A stretch of DNA of 63,986 nt, the filler included. It is 5 parts of 5 records of this genome, joined end to end, with 100 filler letters (N's around TTAATTAATTAA, not from the genome) between each part and the next. Parts side by side here need not be neighbours in the genome. Positions count along the whole stretch, not along the records: positions 1 to 23,406 come from DRR378314_917; 4 more parts are not named here. One strand, 5' to 3'. The translations under genes were made by a program, and so were the position numbers. Shown here in pieces: positions 10,105 through 20,525 of this stretch (position 1 is the stretch's first letter; each line of letters opens with the position of its first letter). The notes under the pieces were generated by a model that was not told the DNA's origin, searched no databases, and saw nothing but the letters and a program-made list of their open reading frames with translations.

Positions 10105-11031
10105 TTATGGCTGACTAAATTTGTTTATGGCAATTTCCTTGGCTGGATCTGCTTGGGTTCCCCAAATATGCAGCTTTCCTTTTTGGTCTACTTGCAGGCC
10201 CACGGCCGAATTAAAATCGACCCCATTCTTGCAATTAAAGGTTTTGGAACGGATTTTTTCCATAATAGGATCAAAAGACCCTAGCTTGCTAACAAGTATC
10301 AGATCGGCAGTCCCAACCATATCTTTTTTATAAAATCCAAGGGCATAAATGGCGGATGAATCCTTGATAAGATTGATGGATTGATAACTGCCCCAATCTT
10401 GGGGAGCCTTAAAACTAAAAAGTAATTCCTGTTTTCCATTTTCCGGTTCTACATGGTAGAAGTCCCAATTACGAGAGTCCCAATTGGCCACTACAGCTAA
10501 AAACCCTTCTTCCATGGCCAGTAAGCCCGTTGCTCCGGCAGTGTAACGCTTAACCTCACCTTCCCGATTTATGGTGATGCCAGGTTGGGCCTTGGCCATA
10601 GAATCGTTTTGATAATTGTATAGGCCTACTTTAGAAGTAGTTTTTATAATGTTATCTTCTATACCAACAATCAAATATGGTTCGCTAACCTGAATTCCTC
10701 CGGCATGGCGGTAGGGATCTTTCATTAAGGTTATTAGGGTTTCTGAATTGAGGGTTGTCAGGTCTATCTGTAAAACGTAGGCCTTGGATCTGGAACTCCC
10801 GGAAACAAGAAGTTTTTCGGTCCCGTTTTTATTGATGAGTTGCACGCCCTGAAAATGCCCATTGCGGTGTGGGACTTTAATTTTATTGTTAATTAAAAGC
10901 ACTTCGGGCTCCGAACTTAGGGCGTCAAACGCTTGGGGTACATTTTCAACTTGCTGACCCAAGCTAAGCACAGGATGCATCAACAGCTGGGCCATTAAAA
11001 AAATCCTTAAAAATACATGCGGTGTTCCCAA
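10105..11031 (-). CDS. Hypothetical secreted protein (start may be 10995)
   Basis: 308-aa ORF with signal-like N-terminus; ends 4 nt before the lyase start. Confidence 0.7.
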   Translation of the reverse strand: MGTPHVFLRIFLMAQLLMHPVLSLGQQVENVPQAFDALSSEPEVLLINNKIKVPHRNGHFQGVQLINKNGTEKLLVSGSSRSKAYVLQIDLTTLNSETLITLMKDPYRHAGGIQVSEPYLIVGIEDNIIKTTSKVGLYNYQNDSMAKAQPGITINREGEVKRYTAGATGLLAMEEGFLAVVANWDSRNWDFYHVEPENGKQELLFSFKAPQDWGSYQSINLIKDSSAIYALGFYKKDMVGTADLILVSKLGSFDPIMEKIRSKTFNCKNGVDFNSAVGLQVDQKGKLHIWGTQADPAKEIAINKFSQP

Positions 11032-11245
11032 GGCAAAATCAATTTAATTATTATCAACTTTTTGGCTAGTAGAGTTTACAATCACCATAAGCAAAACTAA
11101 AACCAAGATATGCATATTTTTTTTCAACAGAAGTGGCTATAACCCTGCTGCTTTGAATTGTAAATATGGGCATTTTTTATAGTTTAAACGATTAAATATC
11201 TATCTTGGAACTGATTTTTTTAATTTTTTATTCAAAAAGCCAATT

Positions 11246-13429
11246 ATGTTCAAAAGATTTAGACATCAAGTCCTTAACCTTGGAATAATTCTAATGTTTT
11301 TATTATCTCCCTGCCTTAGTTGGTCCCAAACCAATTATTCCGTCTTGGATTTTTGGAAGTATTATTCCGATGCCGAAAATTTACTTTACAAACAGCAAGC
11401 TGAACTTTCTTTTGCAAGTATCGAAAAAAGAAAGGAATCCATATCAATGCTGCATAGCCAGGAAGATTGGACCGAACGGCAGAAATTGGTAAAGGACAAA
11501 CTACTGGAGTCCATAGGGCCTTTTCCTCCAAAGACCAATTTAAATCCGGTTGTCACCAAACGAATTAAAAAGGAAGGTTATAGTGTTGAAAAGCTATATT
11601 TTGAATCCATGCCCGGTCTAAAGGTTACGGCCGCGTTTTTTATTCCACAGGGAAAAAAAAGGGACCTACCCACTATTATTTATTGCAGTGGCCACAGCGA
11701 TTTGGGATTTAGAAGTGATGTCTATCAACATGTGATTTTGAACCTGGTAAAAAAAGGCTTTGCCGTTTTTGCATTTGACCCCTATGGGCAAGGGGAAAGA
11801 TTGCAATATTTTGATGAAAAGGAAGGGAAATCGCGTTTTAGTCCTACACGCGAACATTCCTATCCGGGGGCACAGCTTTTTATAAATGGAGCCTCCACTG
11901 CCAAATATATGATATGGGACGGCATAAGGGCAGTGGATTATTTGCTTACACGTAAGGAAGTGGATCCAGAGCGTATTGGGATTACGGGCAGATCTGGTGG
12001 GGGGACCCAATCTTCCCACATCGCCGCCTTTGATGATAGAATCAAAGCCGCTGCCCCGGAATGCTATATCACCACCTTGGAATATCAATTAAAATCAGGA
12101 GGGCCTCAGGATGCGGAGCAGAACTTTCCAAAAGGTATTCAACTTGGTTTGGACCATGCCGATCTTTTGGAAGTGAGGGCACCCAAACCAACTTTGATGA
12201 TCACTACAACACGCGATATTTTTAGTATTCAAGGGGCGAGGGACACCTATGAGGAAGCTAAATTGGCCTACAAGGCCTTCGATAAGTCGGAAAATCTTTT
12301 GATGGTAGAGGACAATGCCGGACATCAATCCACCATAAAGAATAGGGAAGCCATGTATGCTTTTTTTCAAAAGCACTTGGATAATCCGGGAAACTCCAAG
12401 GATGGGGAGGTAACTATTTTTCCGGTGGAAGAATTATATGTTACGGAAACGGGTCAGCTTGCAACATCGGTCGGTAGCAAATTTTTGTTCGATGCAAACA
12501 AGGCTTTGACGGATAGGAATATGGAGGAACTGAACAGGGAAAGAATAAAGTTGGACCACCATTTAGTGGACCTAAAACAAAAAGTGCATCAAATATCGGG
12601 TTATACCCAAGGTGCCAAGAAAGGTAAATTGATTTTTTCCGGACAGACGGAATTTGAAGCCTATTACCTTAATAAGTATGTGATAGAACAGCCTGGGGAT
12701 AACATTATTCCGTTTGTGGCCTTTGTGCCCAAACAAACCACCAAGCTATCCGCCCTTTATCTGGATAATATAGCGGATAAGAAATCGGATGAAGCCTATA
12801 CCGTTCCAATCCACCTCGTTAAAAAAGGGGTAACCGTAATTGTACCGGATTTGCCGGGCTTCGGGGAATTGGGCCCAGGCTATTTAAAAGGGGACGCCTA
12901 TTTTGAAAATACCTCTTACAATCAATGGTTTGCAGGTATTTTGAACGGAAAAAGTACCGTATCCCTACATGTGGAGGCTATAGAAACTCTCCTTCTATTT
13001 TGCAAGGAAGAAATGGAATTGAATAACAATGAAATTATTGGCATATCCAAAGGGGGCTTTAATTCCAGTTTGTTGCACGCTTCGGCCTTAGGGGTAGACT
13101 TTAAAGGTATGCTGTTTTTGGATCCTTTGCCATCATTTGAATCCATCGTTTTCAAGAAGGACTATGACCCTGTCTTTATACCTTTTACCGTGGCCGGTGC
13201 CTTGCCACATTACGATCTTCCGGATCTGTCTGCAGCCTTTGCGCCAGGGGCATTAATGTTGGTACAAGAGGCGAAGGATGAAGCTATGGGGTCTGGGTAC
13301 TTGCAGTCGTATGATTTTGTAAGGGAACATTATAGTTCCATGAACAAGGCAAACAACTTTTCTATTGAAAAAAATGATTCTTGGGGGGGAGCAATGGATT
13401 CCTTGGATAAATTCATATCCAACCTCTAG
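11246..13429 (+). CDS. Acetylxylan esterase-like alpha/beta hydrolase (two-domain)
   Basis: YFESMPG, CSGHS, DPYGQGER, WDGIRAVDYL and GRSGGG (GxSxG). Confidence 0.8.
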   Translation: MFKRFRHQVLNLGIILMFLLSPCLSWSQTNYSVLDFWKYYSDAENLLYKQQAELSFASIEKRKESISMLHSQEDWTERQKLVKDKLLESIGPFPPKTNLNPVVTKRIKKEGYSVEKLYFESMPGLKVTAAFFIPQGKKRDLPTIIYCSGHSDLGFRSDVYQHVILNLVKKGFAVFAFDPYGQGERLQYFDEKEGKSRFSPTREHSYPGAQLFINGASTAKYMIWDGIRAVDYLLTRKEVDPERIGITGRSGGGTQSSHIAAFDDRIKAAAPECYITTLEYQLKSGGPQDAEQNFPKGIQLGLDHADLLEVRAPKPTLMITTTRDIFSIQGARDTYEEAKLAYKAFDKSENLLMVEDNAGHQSTIKNREAMYAFFQKHLDNPGNSKDGEVTIFPVEELYVTETGQLATSVGSKFLFDANKALTDRNMEELNRERIKLDHHLVDLKQKVHQISGYTQGAKKGKLIFSGQTEFEAYYLNKYVIEQPGDNIIPFVAFVPKQTTKLSALYLDNIADKKSDEAYTVPIHLVKKGVTVIVPDLPGFGELGPGYLKGDAYFENTSYNQWFAGILNGKSTVSLHVEAIETLLLFCKEEMELNNNEIIGISKGGFNSSLLHASALGVDFKGMLFLDPLPSFESIVFKKDYDPVFIPFTVAGALPHYDLPDLSAAFAPGALMLVQEAKDEAMGSGYLQSYDFVREHYSSMNKANNFSIEKNDSWGGAMDSLDKFISNL

Positions 13430-13459
13430 CGGTATACCCATAAATTAATCAATAATATC

Positions 13460-15070
13460 ATGAGAATCTATTTATTTCTTATAACCGGAATTTTAAGTAT
13501 AGTAGGCTGTAAAGATGCACATCCGGCCAAAATGATGTCTGCAGCGGATAGCCTTCTATTGGCCAAAGCACATGAAAATGCCATTTTAGCCAATGAGGGA
13601 TTTATTAGGAGTGAGAAATTTGTTCATGGCTGGTTGGAGATGGCTGATCACGAATCTGGCTTAATTCCTAGAAATCTTGAAGCTGATACGGACATATGGA
13701 ACGCAAAAGATGCCGCTGCAGATAATTATCCTTTTATGGTACTCACTTCTTTTTTCACAGATCAGGATTTATTTGATGGGGCAATGTTGGATATGTTACA
13801 TACTGAAAAAAAACTCACTTCTAGAGTTAACACCCTTCCCGATACCTATTCCTTTTCTAAAAAGGATTTTCAAAATGAAAAATTGAATATGGCTGAAATT
13901 ATTTTTGGGACTTCGGAATATATCAAGGACGGCTTGCTGCCCCTTACAGAATGGTTGGGGCAAAGTTCATGGTCGGATAGAATGTTGGAGATGCTTTACG
14001 ATTTGAAGAGGGAGGTAAATGTTGCCGATGGGATATCTAAGGATGGTTCCAATGCTACGCGGGAAGAAGTGAATGGTGAATTGTTACAGATCCTTTCCCG
14101 AATTTACTGGATGACCGGTGATGAAAAGTTCTTGGACTGGGCTATAACGATTGGGGATTACTATTTATTGGGAGATCACCATCCAACAAAGAATTTGGAA
14201 TACCTTAGGTTGCGGGATCATGGTTGTGAGTTAATATCGGGCTTATGTGAATTGTATGTTTCTACAAACTTTGCCAGGCCACTTAAAAGGACAGCCTACA
14301 AAAAGCCATTACATGAGATGATGGATAGGATTTTAGAAGTTGGCAGAAATGGGGACGGATTATTCTATGACGCCATAAATCCTCAAACAGGAGAAATTGT
14401 ACAGGAACGCCCTGCCGATAATTGGGGCTATACCCTCAACGGATTTTACGCTGTTTATATGTTGGATAAGGATCCCAAATACAAGGAAGCCATATTGAAG
14501 ATATATTCCAATTTAAACAAATACACCAATTTTGATTGGGAAAAGGGGAGTGCCGATGGGTACGCGGATGCCATTGAAGGCGCCCTTAATATGTACAATC
14601 GGATTCCAGATCTCACCGTTGCCAAATGGATGGACAGTGAAATAAATGTGATGTGGGCAATGCAACAGGAAAGTGGCATAATAGAGGGCTGGCATGGCGA
14701 TGGCAACTTTGCCCGGACCACCATTATGTATAATTTATGGAAAAGTAAGGGTTTGTATGTAAAGCCTTGGAGAGATGACCTATTACTTGGAGCGGAGCAA
14801 AAAGGGGATTCTTTATTGATCTTTATAAAATCAGAAAAGCCCTGGAAAGGAAAACTTTATTTTGATAAGCCTAGACATAAGACGAATATGAAATTGCCTA
14901 TGGATTGGGCCAGGATCAACCAATTTCCTGAGTGGTTTACGGCAGATAAGGATACGGAATATACATTGCAGGATTATGACCAATACGAACCTGTTAAATA
15001 TCCAGGCAACCAGCTGATAGATGGCATTGATATTGAAATAGAGGACAATAAAAGGATGGTAGTATATTAG
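13460..15070 (+). CDS. Hypothetical lipoprotein, possibly six-hairpin glycosidase-like
   Basis: Lipobox IVGC; LRDHGCE and DNWGY; helical repeat-like sequence. Confidence 0.6.
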   Translation: MRIYLFLITGILSIVGCKDAHPAKMMSAADSLLLAKAHENAILANEGFIRSEKFVHGWLEMADHESGLIPRNLEADTDIWNAKDAAADNYPFMVLTSFFTDQDLFDGAMLDMLHTEKKLTSRVNTLPDTYSFSKKDFQNEKLNMAEIIFGTSEYIKDGLLPLTEWLGQSSWSDRMLEMLYDLKREVNVADGISKDGSNATREEVNGELLQILSRIYWMTGDEKFLDWAITIGDYYLLGDHHPTKNLEYLRLRDHGCELISGLCELYVSTNFARPLKRTAYKKPLHEMMDRILEVGRNGDGLFYDAINPQTGEIVQERPADNWGYTLNGFYAVYMLDKDPKYKEAILKIYSNLNKYTNFDWEKGSADGYADAIEGALNMYNRIPDLTVAKWMDSEINVMWAMQQESGIIEGWHGDGNFARTTIMYNLWKSKGLYVKPWRDDLLLGAEQKGDSLLIFIKSEKPWKGKLYFDKPRHKTNMKLPMDWARINQFPEWFTADKDTEYTLQDYDQYEPVKYPGNQLIDGIDIEIEDNKRMVVY

Positions 15071-15110
15071 TTGCTTATATTGAGCAATATATAAATCTAA
15101 ATACCAGTTT

Positions 15111-15404
15111 ATGATCCAACACACAGTGGTACTCAAGTTAAAATACCCCAAGGGCTCGCCTGAAGAAAAAGAGTTTCTTTCCGCAGCGGCTAAATTGAAA
15201 TCTATACCTGGAGACCACAATTTTCAATCCTTGAGACAAATAGGGAAGAAGAACGATTTTGATTATGGTTTGTCAATGGAATTTCTCAACATGGAGGCTT
15301 ATGAGGTCTATAATGCACATCCTGACCACACCAGGTTCGTGAAAACCTATTGGGCAAAGAGCGTTGAAAAATTTCTGGAAATAGACTATGAACCAATTGT
15401 CTGA
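15111..15404 (+). CDS. Dabb family stress-responsive alpha/beta barrel protein
   Basis: MIQHTVVLKLK, YNAHPDH and EIDY. Confidence 0.85.
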   Translation: MIQHTVVLKLKYPKGSPEEKEFLSAAAKLKSIPGDHNFQSLRQIGKKNDFDYGLSMEFLNMEAYEVYNAHPDHTRFVKTYWAKSVEKFLEIDYEPIV

Positions 15405-15484
15405 TGTTACCATTTATTGAAAACTACAGCACAATTGTATGGAATATGCCAGTATCCAAAATGGTTCCACACAGGCATATTAAT

Positions 15485-16489
15485 TTATAGCTTTACCTGG
15501 GGCTGATTTTGAAGTCGTGGATCCTTGGATTTAATAGTGACCGGCCTATTTTCCATTACCTCTGTAATTCTCTCCATGGTCTCCAGTTCAAGCCTATGCA
15601 TTGCTTCATGGGTATAAAAAGTTAAGTGGGGCAGCAGAATTACATTGTCCATTTCATAAAGCTTTTTTAACGGATGGTCCATGTTGTTTAATGGCTCTTG
15701 GCTGTAGACATCAAGTCCAGCGCCGGCAATTAGCTTTTTCTCCAAGGCATCCACAAGCGCCATTTCATCTATTAAGGCACCTCTAGCAGAATTAATAATT
15801 ATTGCGTTCTCTTTCATCACCGCAAATTCCTTGGCGCCTATAAGGTGTTTGGTTTCATTGTTCAAAACGGCATGTACGGAAATAAAATCGCACTCCTTTA
15901 GCATTTCTGTAAGGTCATCATATTTCTGAATTCCCCTTTTTGCCAAGTCCTCTTTGGTCTTGCTGGGGTCGTAACCAATAACTTTTGCCCTAAATCCAAG
16001 TCCCGCCATCCTAGCCATGCTACTTCCTATTTTACCGCAACCGATAATTCCCAGAGTTTTTTCGGCAATATCCAGTCCCAGCCACTCCCTACTTGGCCAT
16101 ACCCAAGCTTTGCTGTTCATTTGCTTTTGCAGCACTGGCAGCTTTTTGGCCAGTGCAATGAGCATGGCAAATGCACCTTCCGCAACAGTTTCTTCGGCGT
16201 ATTCCGGAATATTTACAACTACTATGCCCTTAGCATTGGCGGCCGGAATATCAATAGCATCTATGCCAACCCCATATTTTACTATTGCTTTGAGTCTTTT
16301 TGCTGAATCTATGGTTTTTTTGGTAATAGGGGTGTAGCACATTAATAGTATTTCGCAATCCTCCATTTCTTTCATTAGGATTTTTTCTGATACCCCGTCA
16401 GGGAGTAATACTAGATCATGTCCTTTTTCTCGAAGTGTTTGGTCTACAAATGGAGTTTCGAGCTCCATATCGGTTCTTACTATCTTCAT
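15485..16489 (-). CDS. D-isomer-specific 2-hydroxyacid dehydrogenase
   Basis: GIIGCGKIG, INSARGALIDE, GAGLDVYSQEP and LPHL. Confidence 0.9.
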   Translation of the reverse strand: MKIVRTDMELETPFVDQTLREKGHDLVLLPDGVSEKILMKEMEDCEILLMCYTPITKKTIDSAKRLKAIVKYGVGIDAIDIPAANAKGIVVVNIPEYAEETVAEGAFAMLIALAKKLPVLQKQMNSKAWVWPSREWLGLDIAEKTLGIIGCGKIGSSMARMAGLGFRAKVIGYDPSKTKEDLAKRGIQKYDDLTEMLKECDFISVHAVLNNETKHLIGAKEFAVMKENAIIINSARGALIDEMALVDALEKKLIAGAGLDVYSQEPLNNMDHPLKKLYEMDNVILLPHLTFYTHEAMHRLELETMERITEVMENRPVTIKSKDPRLQNQPQVKL

Positions 16490-16582
16490 AATTTTCAATA
16501 AGCTTTAACTGTCGGTTGCTGTAAAATGGCAGTTTAAATATTGAAATTGGCCATTAAAACAAATGTAAAAAAGCGGTGGGAA

Positions 16583-17044
16583 TTATATGTAGTATTCAGA
16601 GGAATGTTTTATTTCCTTCAAGACAAAGGTACTGTTGAGAACACCGATGTTTTCGATCTTGGAGAGCTTGGTCTTTACAAAGTCATGATATTCCTCTAGA
16701 CTTTTGGTATGTATTTTTAATATAAAATCTACCTGTCCGGCTAAATGATAACATTCCTGCACCTCGTCCAGACTCTGTACCTGTGCTTCAAACTTTTCTA
16801 TAAAGGCTTCATTGTGATACCGCATGGATACTTGACATATAACGGTTATTGAGCGGTCTATTTGCTTTTTGTCCAGAATGGCCACGTACTTTTTTATAAC
16901 CCCTTGTTTTTCCAGTCTACGGACTCTTTCGTAAACAGGGGAAGGGGTAAGATTGAGGATTGCTGCGATTTCCTTTGCTGTTTTTTTGGAATCCTTTTGC
17001 AAAATCCTTAGAATGGTTATATCGGTTTGGTCTAATTGCTCCAT
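16583..17044 (-). CDS. Lrp/AsnC family transcriptional regulator
   Basis: LDQTDITILRILQKDS HTH region and ECYHLAGQVDFILK; divergent from tdh-kbl. Confidence 0.92.
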   Translation of the reverse strand: MEQLDQTDITILRILQKDSKKTAKEIAAILNLTPSPVYERVRRLEKQGVIKKYVAILDKKQIDRSITVICQVSMRYHNEAFIEKFEAQVQSLDEVQECYHLAGQVDFILKIHTKSLEEYHDFVKTKLSKIENIGVLNSTFVLKEIKHSSEYYI

Positions 17045-17225
17045 AGTGGTCAAAAAAATTACTTTAAAATTTATATTTTTATGTTTATAAAAGTAAATAA
17101 AACTTTTAAATTAGTATAATTAAGGGATAATTACTTAATTATTTCAGTTATTTAACTTTAGCGATTGTATTTTGTAATTTCGACAGTAATTAACACTTTG
17201 GTTAATTGGTTTAAAACGGTACATT

Positions 17226-18176
17226 ATGAAAGCAAAAGTTCTAGTAATCGGCGCCAATGGGCAATTGGGATCTGTACTTGTAAAAGAGTTACAGCAGCAT
17301 CATGGTTTGGACAATGTGGTGGCATCGGATTTAAAGAAAGCCAAAAATTTTGTAGGTACATTCAAAGTCTTGGATGCCACCAATAGAATACATTTGAGCG
17401 ATGTGGTTTCCAAATATGGGATTACCCAAATTTATCATTTGGCAGCAATTTTGTCGGCCAAGGGAGAAGCAAATCCGTTGGAGACATGGGATCTGAATAT
17501 GAGGATGCTGTTCAATGTATTGGAGGTAGCTAGAATCCATGAGCTGCATAAGGTATTCTTTCCAAGTTCCATAGCCGTTTTTGGAGAAGATGCCCCTTGG
17601 GTAAACACACCCAACAACGCCTTTCTCAACCCTGCAACAGTCTATGGAATGAGTAAGGCGGCAGGAGAACAATGGGCACAGTATTACTTTCTAAGATATG
17701 GTTTGGATGTTAGGTCTCTTCGTTATCCCGGCGTTATAGGTTATCAATCTTTACCTGGTGGTGGTACAACAGATTACGCGGTAGAAATTTTTCACAAGGC
17801 CGTCCTGGAAGAGGAATTTGTCTGTTTTCTAAATGAAGATACTACCCTGCCGATGATCTTTATGGATGACGCTATCAGGGCTACTTTGAAATTAATGGAG
17901 GCACCTAAAAAGAACATTAAAATAAGAACGGCTTATAATCTTGCAGGAAGTAGCTTTTCTCCAGAGGATATTGTGGCTGAAATCCGTAAATACTATCCAG
18001 AGTTTAAGGTAAAATATGAACCGGATTTTAGACAGGACATTGCTGCCCGATGGCCAAAATCTATAAATGACGTGGAGGCTACCTTGGATTGGGGATGGAA
18101 ACCGAAATACGATCTGGAAATGATTGCCAGCACCATGATCGAGAAACTAAAAGAACAGTATATAACGCATGAATAG
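17226..18176 (+). CDS. L-threonine 3-dehydrogenase, SDR/epimerase type
   Basis: GANGQLG, HLAAILSAKGE, YGMSK and PGGGTTDYAVEIF; directly upstream of kbl. Confidence 0.88.
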   Translation: MKAKVLVIGANGQLGSVLVKELQQHHGLDNVVASDLKKAKNFVGTFKVLDATNRIHLSDVVSKYGITQIYHLAAILSAKGEANPLETWDLNMRMLFNVLEVARIHELHKVFFPSSIAVFGEDAPWVNTPNNAFLNPATVYGMSKAAGEQWAQYYFLRYGLDVRSLRYPGVIGYQSLPGGGTTDYAVEIFHKAVLEEEFVCFLNEDTTLPMIFMDDAIRATLKLMEAPKKNIKIRTAYNLAGSSFSPEDIVAEIRKYYPEFKVKYEPDFRQDIAARWPKSINDVEATLDWGWKPKYDLEMIASTMIEKLKEQYITHE

Positions 18177-18247
18177 ATCCGTTGAGGCTATTTGAACAAA
18201 ACTCAAGGCCTATACGTGATATAGGCACTTAAAAAGAAATAATAATC

Positions 18248-19435
18248 ATGTATACAACAGTAAAAAAAGAATTGCAGCAAGAGCTGGACGCTATTAAGGC
18301 CGAAGGACTTTATAAGGAGGAAAGAATAATTACGACTCCCCAGGGAGCTGAGATCCAAACCACCAATACCAAGGGGGTCCTGAATTTTTGTGCCAACAAT
18401 TACTTGGGGCTTTCTGCCCACCCAGAGGTAATAAAGGCAGGGAAGGAGGCTATTGATACCCATGGTTATGGCTTGTCGTCGGTTCGTTTTATTTGCGGTA
18501 CACAGGATATCCATAAAGAATTGGAACGCAAGACCGCTGAGTTTTTGGGAATGGAGGACTGTATCCTTTACGCCGCCGCATTTGATGCCAATGGTGGATT
18601 ATTTGAGCCTATTCTTGGTCCTGAAGACGCCATTATTTCCGATGCATTGAACCATGCTTCCATCATAGATGGGATAAGGCTGTGCAAGGCGAAACGTTTT
18701 AGATATGAGCATAATTCCATGACGGACTTGGAGGAGCAATTGAAAGCGGCCAAGGGTTCCAGAAGAATATTGATCGTGACCGACGGTTCCTTTTCAATGG
18801 ACGGAACCATTGCACAGTTGGATAAAATCTGCGATTTGGCGGATAAATATGAGGCCATGGTTATGATAGACGAATGTCACTCCACTGGTTTTTTAGGAGC
18901 TACCGGCCGTGGTTCCCATGAATATAGAAATGTAATGGGTAGAATCGATATCATTACCGGTACCTATGGCAAGGCCCTTGGGGGAGCCTCGGGCGGATTT
19001 ACGGCAGCTAGAAAGGAAATTGTAGATATGCTAAGACAACGTTCCAGGCCGTATTTGTTTTCCAACACTTTGGCACCATCAATAGTTGGGGCATCCATAA
19101 AAGTATTGGACCTGCTTTCTTCCTCAACAGCGCTTAGGGATAAATTGGAGGCTAATACCAAATATTTCCGGTCTGCCATGACCGCAGCCGGTTTCGATAT
19201 TGTAACGGGAGATCACCCTATAGTTCCGGTAATGCTCTATGAAGCTCCCTTGGCCCAAGAGTTTGCCGCCAAATTGTTGGAGGAGGGCATTTATGTAATT
19301 GGTTTTTTCTATCCGGTTGTTCCAAAAGGAAAAGCCAGAATTAGGGTACAGTTGTCCGCAGCACATGAACAGCATCATTTGGAAAAGGCAGTGAAGGCCT
19401 TTACCAAAGTAGGGAAGGCGCTAAAAGTAATTTAA
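18248..19435 (+). CDS. kbl: Glycine C-acetyltransferase (2-amino-3-ketobutyrate CoA ligase)
   Basis: [35 protein letters not shown] and [11 protein letters not shown]. Confidence 0.95.
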   Translation: MYTTVKKELQQELDAIKAEGLYKEERIITTPQGAEIQTTNTKGVLNFCANNYLGLSAHPEVIKAGKEAIDTHGYGLSSVRFICGTQDIHKELERKTAEFLGMEDCILYAAAFDANGGLFEPILGPEDAIISDALNHASIIDGIRLCKAKRFRYEHNSMTDLEEQLKAAKGSRRILIVTDGSFSMDGTIAQLDKICDLADKYEAMVMIDECHSTGFLGATGRGSHEYRNVMGRIDIITGTYGKALGGASGGFTAARKEIVDMLRQRSRPYLFSNTLAPSIVGASIKVLDLLSSSTALRDKLEANTKYFRSAMTAAGFDIVTGDHPIVPVMLYEAPLAQEFAAKLLEEGIYVIGFFYPVVPKGKARIRVQLSAAHEQHHLEKAVKAFTKVGKALKVI

Positions 19436-19490
19436 GACCGTCTTAGGAAATGGAATTGGAACCCTATGGAAATTCTGTATACTAATGCCA

Positions 19491-19736
19491 TTAGGTCTTA
19501 AGTTTTGGCCCCTTGTTGGAATCGTACATTTTAAGTAAATGATAAACATGTATAACACAGAAAACTATTCCGGCAATGACAAGGGGTACGGAATTTAACA
19601 TAGCGCCATAAATGATGTAGAAGAAACTGGAAATTAAATGCCAAAGACGGAATTTGCCCATATCCTTTTTGGTGATGGCAAAGAAACCGGTAAGGATGGC
19701 GATATAGCCAATGCTCTCAATTGCTAAGTTTGTCAT
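19491..19736 (-). CDS. Small inner-membrane protein (YgjV-like)
   Basis: Three hydrophobic segments; overlaps the MarR gene stop. Confidence 0.7.
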   Translation of the reverse strand: MTNLAIESIGYIAILTGFFAITKKDMGKFRLWHLISSFFYIIYGAMLNSVPLVIAGIVFCVIHVYHLLKMYDSNKGPKLKT

Positions 19737-20211
19737 TTTTTAAATTTTTTAAGGTTCTTTCCTTGTAATCGCTTTGGTTTACTTTTTCTTCAATTTTTAA
19801 GAATTCCTCCAAAAAGTTTGGACTGTCCTCCAGAAGGTCCATTACGGTCTGTCTTCCTGCGGTCCAATATTTTTCGAATAGGGGTAATTGGCTATGGGCC
19901 TTTTCTGTTAAGGTTAAAATCTGTCTTCTCTTGTCTTGGTCATCGGTTTTGGTCTCCACATGCCCATTTTTTTTCATCTTGTTTATGATTTTTACTACGG
20001 CTGGATGTGAGAATTGTAATTTTTCCGATATTTCGGTAATAGTCATAGCCTCATTTTCCTGTAAGAGAATAAAGATTAAGTTCCAATTTGGTTCAATATC
20101 CAGTCCTTCCGATTTATACAACTCTTTAGTACTATAGAGTAGGGCATCACTTAGTCTCTTAAGCCTACTGGTAAGTCCAACAAATTCTATTTCGGTTAAA
20201 AAGTCGTTCAT
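19717..20211 (-). CDS. MarR family transcriptional regulator
   Basis: ITEISEKLQFSHPAV HTH and DxxDKRR wing motif. Confidence 0.9.
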   Translation of the reverse strand: MNDFLTEIEFVGLTSRLKRLSDALLYSTKELYKSEGLDIEPNWNLIFILLQENEAMTITEISEKLQFSHPAVVKIINKMKKNGHVETKTDDQDKRRQILTLTEKAHSQLPLFEKYWTAGRQTVMDLLEDSPNFLEEFLKIEEKVNQSDYKERTLKNLKNDKLSN

Positions 20212-20225
20212 AATTTTCTAGTTAA

Positions 20226-20269
20226 GTAACTGGTTACACAAATATATTTAAATTTTGGTAACTAGTTAC
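20226..20269. promoter_or_regulatory. Two palindromic operator-like boxes, GTAACTGGTTAC and GTAACTAGTTAC
   Basis: 20226-20237 (one mismatch) and 20258-20269 (perfect palindrome), just upstream of the MarR gene. Confidence 0.65.
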
Positions 20270-20525
20270 GTAATTTTTGATTTTTTAATAGTTACTGGTT
20301 CTGCATTGTATCCGTCTTATGAAATATATGAAATGACCAGTGTTGAATTTACTGTGCCCATATCATGAAAGTGTTCTATTGAAGTAGAAATCTATCTAAC
20401 TCCTGAGATCCAAAAAGTATTTGATTAAAATAGAGATTAATTGATTAACTAAATAGAGGATCTTTTATCAGTTGAATATTAAAAGAAGAATGTTTAACTT
20501 TCAAAAAAAATATAAAGGACCAACC

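Noticed and set aside
16583-19435. Lrp-tdh-kbl module as a novel system
   Set aside because: An ordinary, well-known threonine catabolism arrangement.
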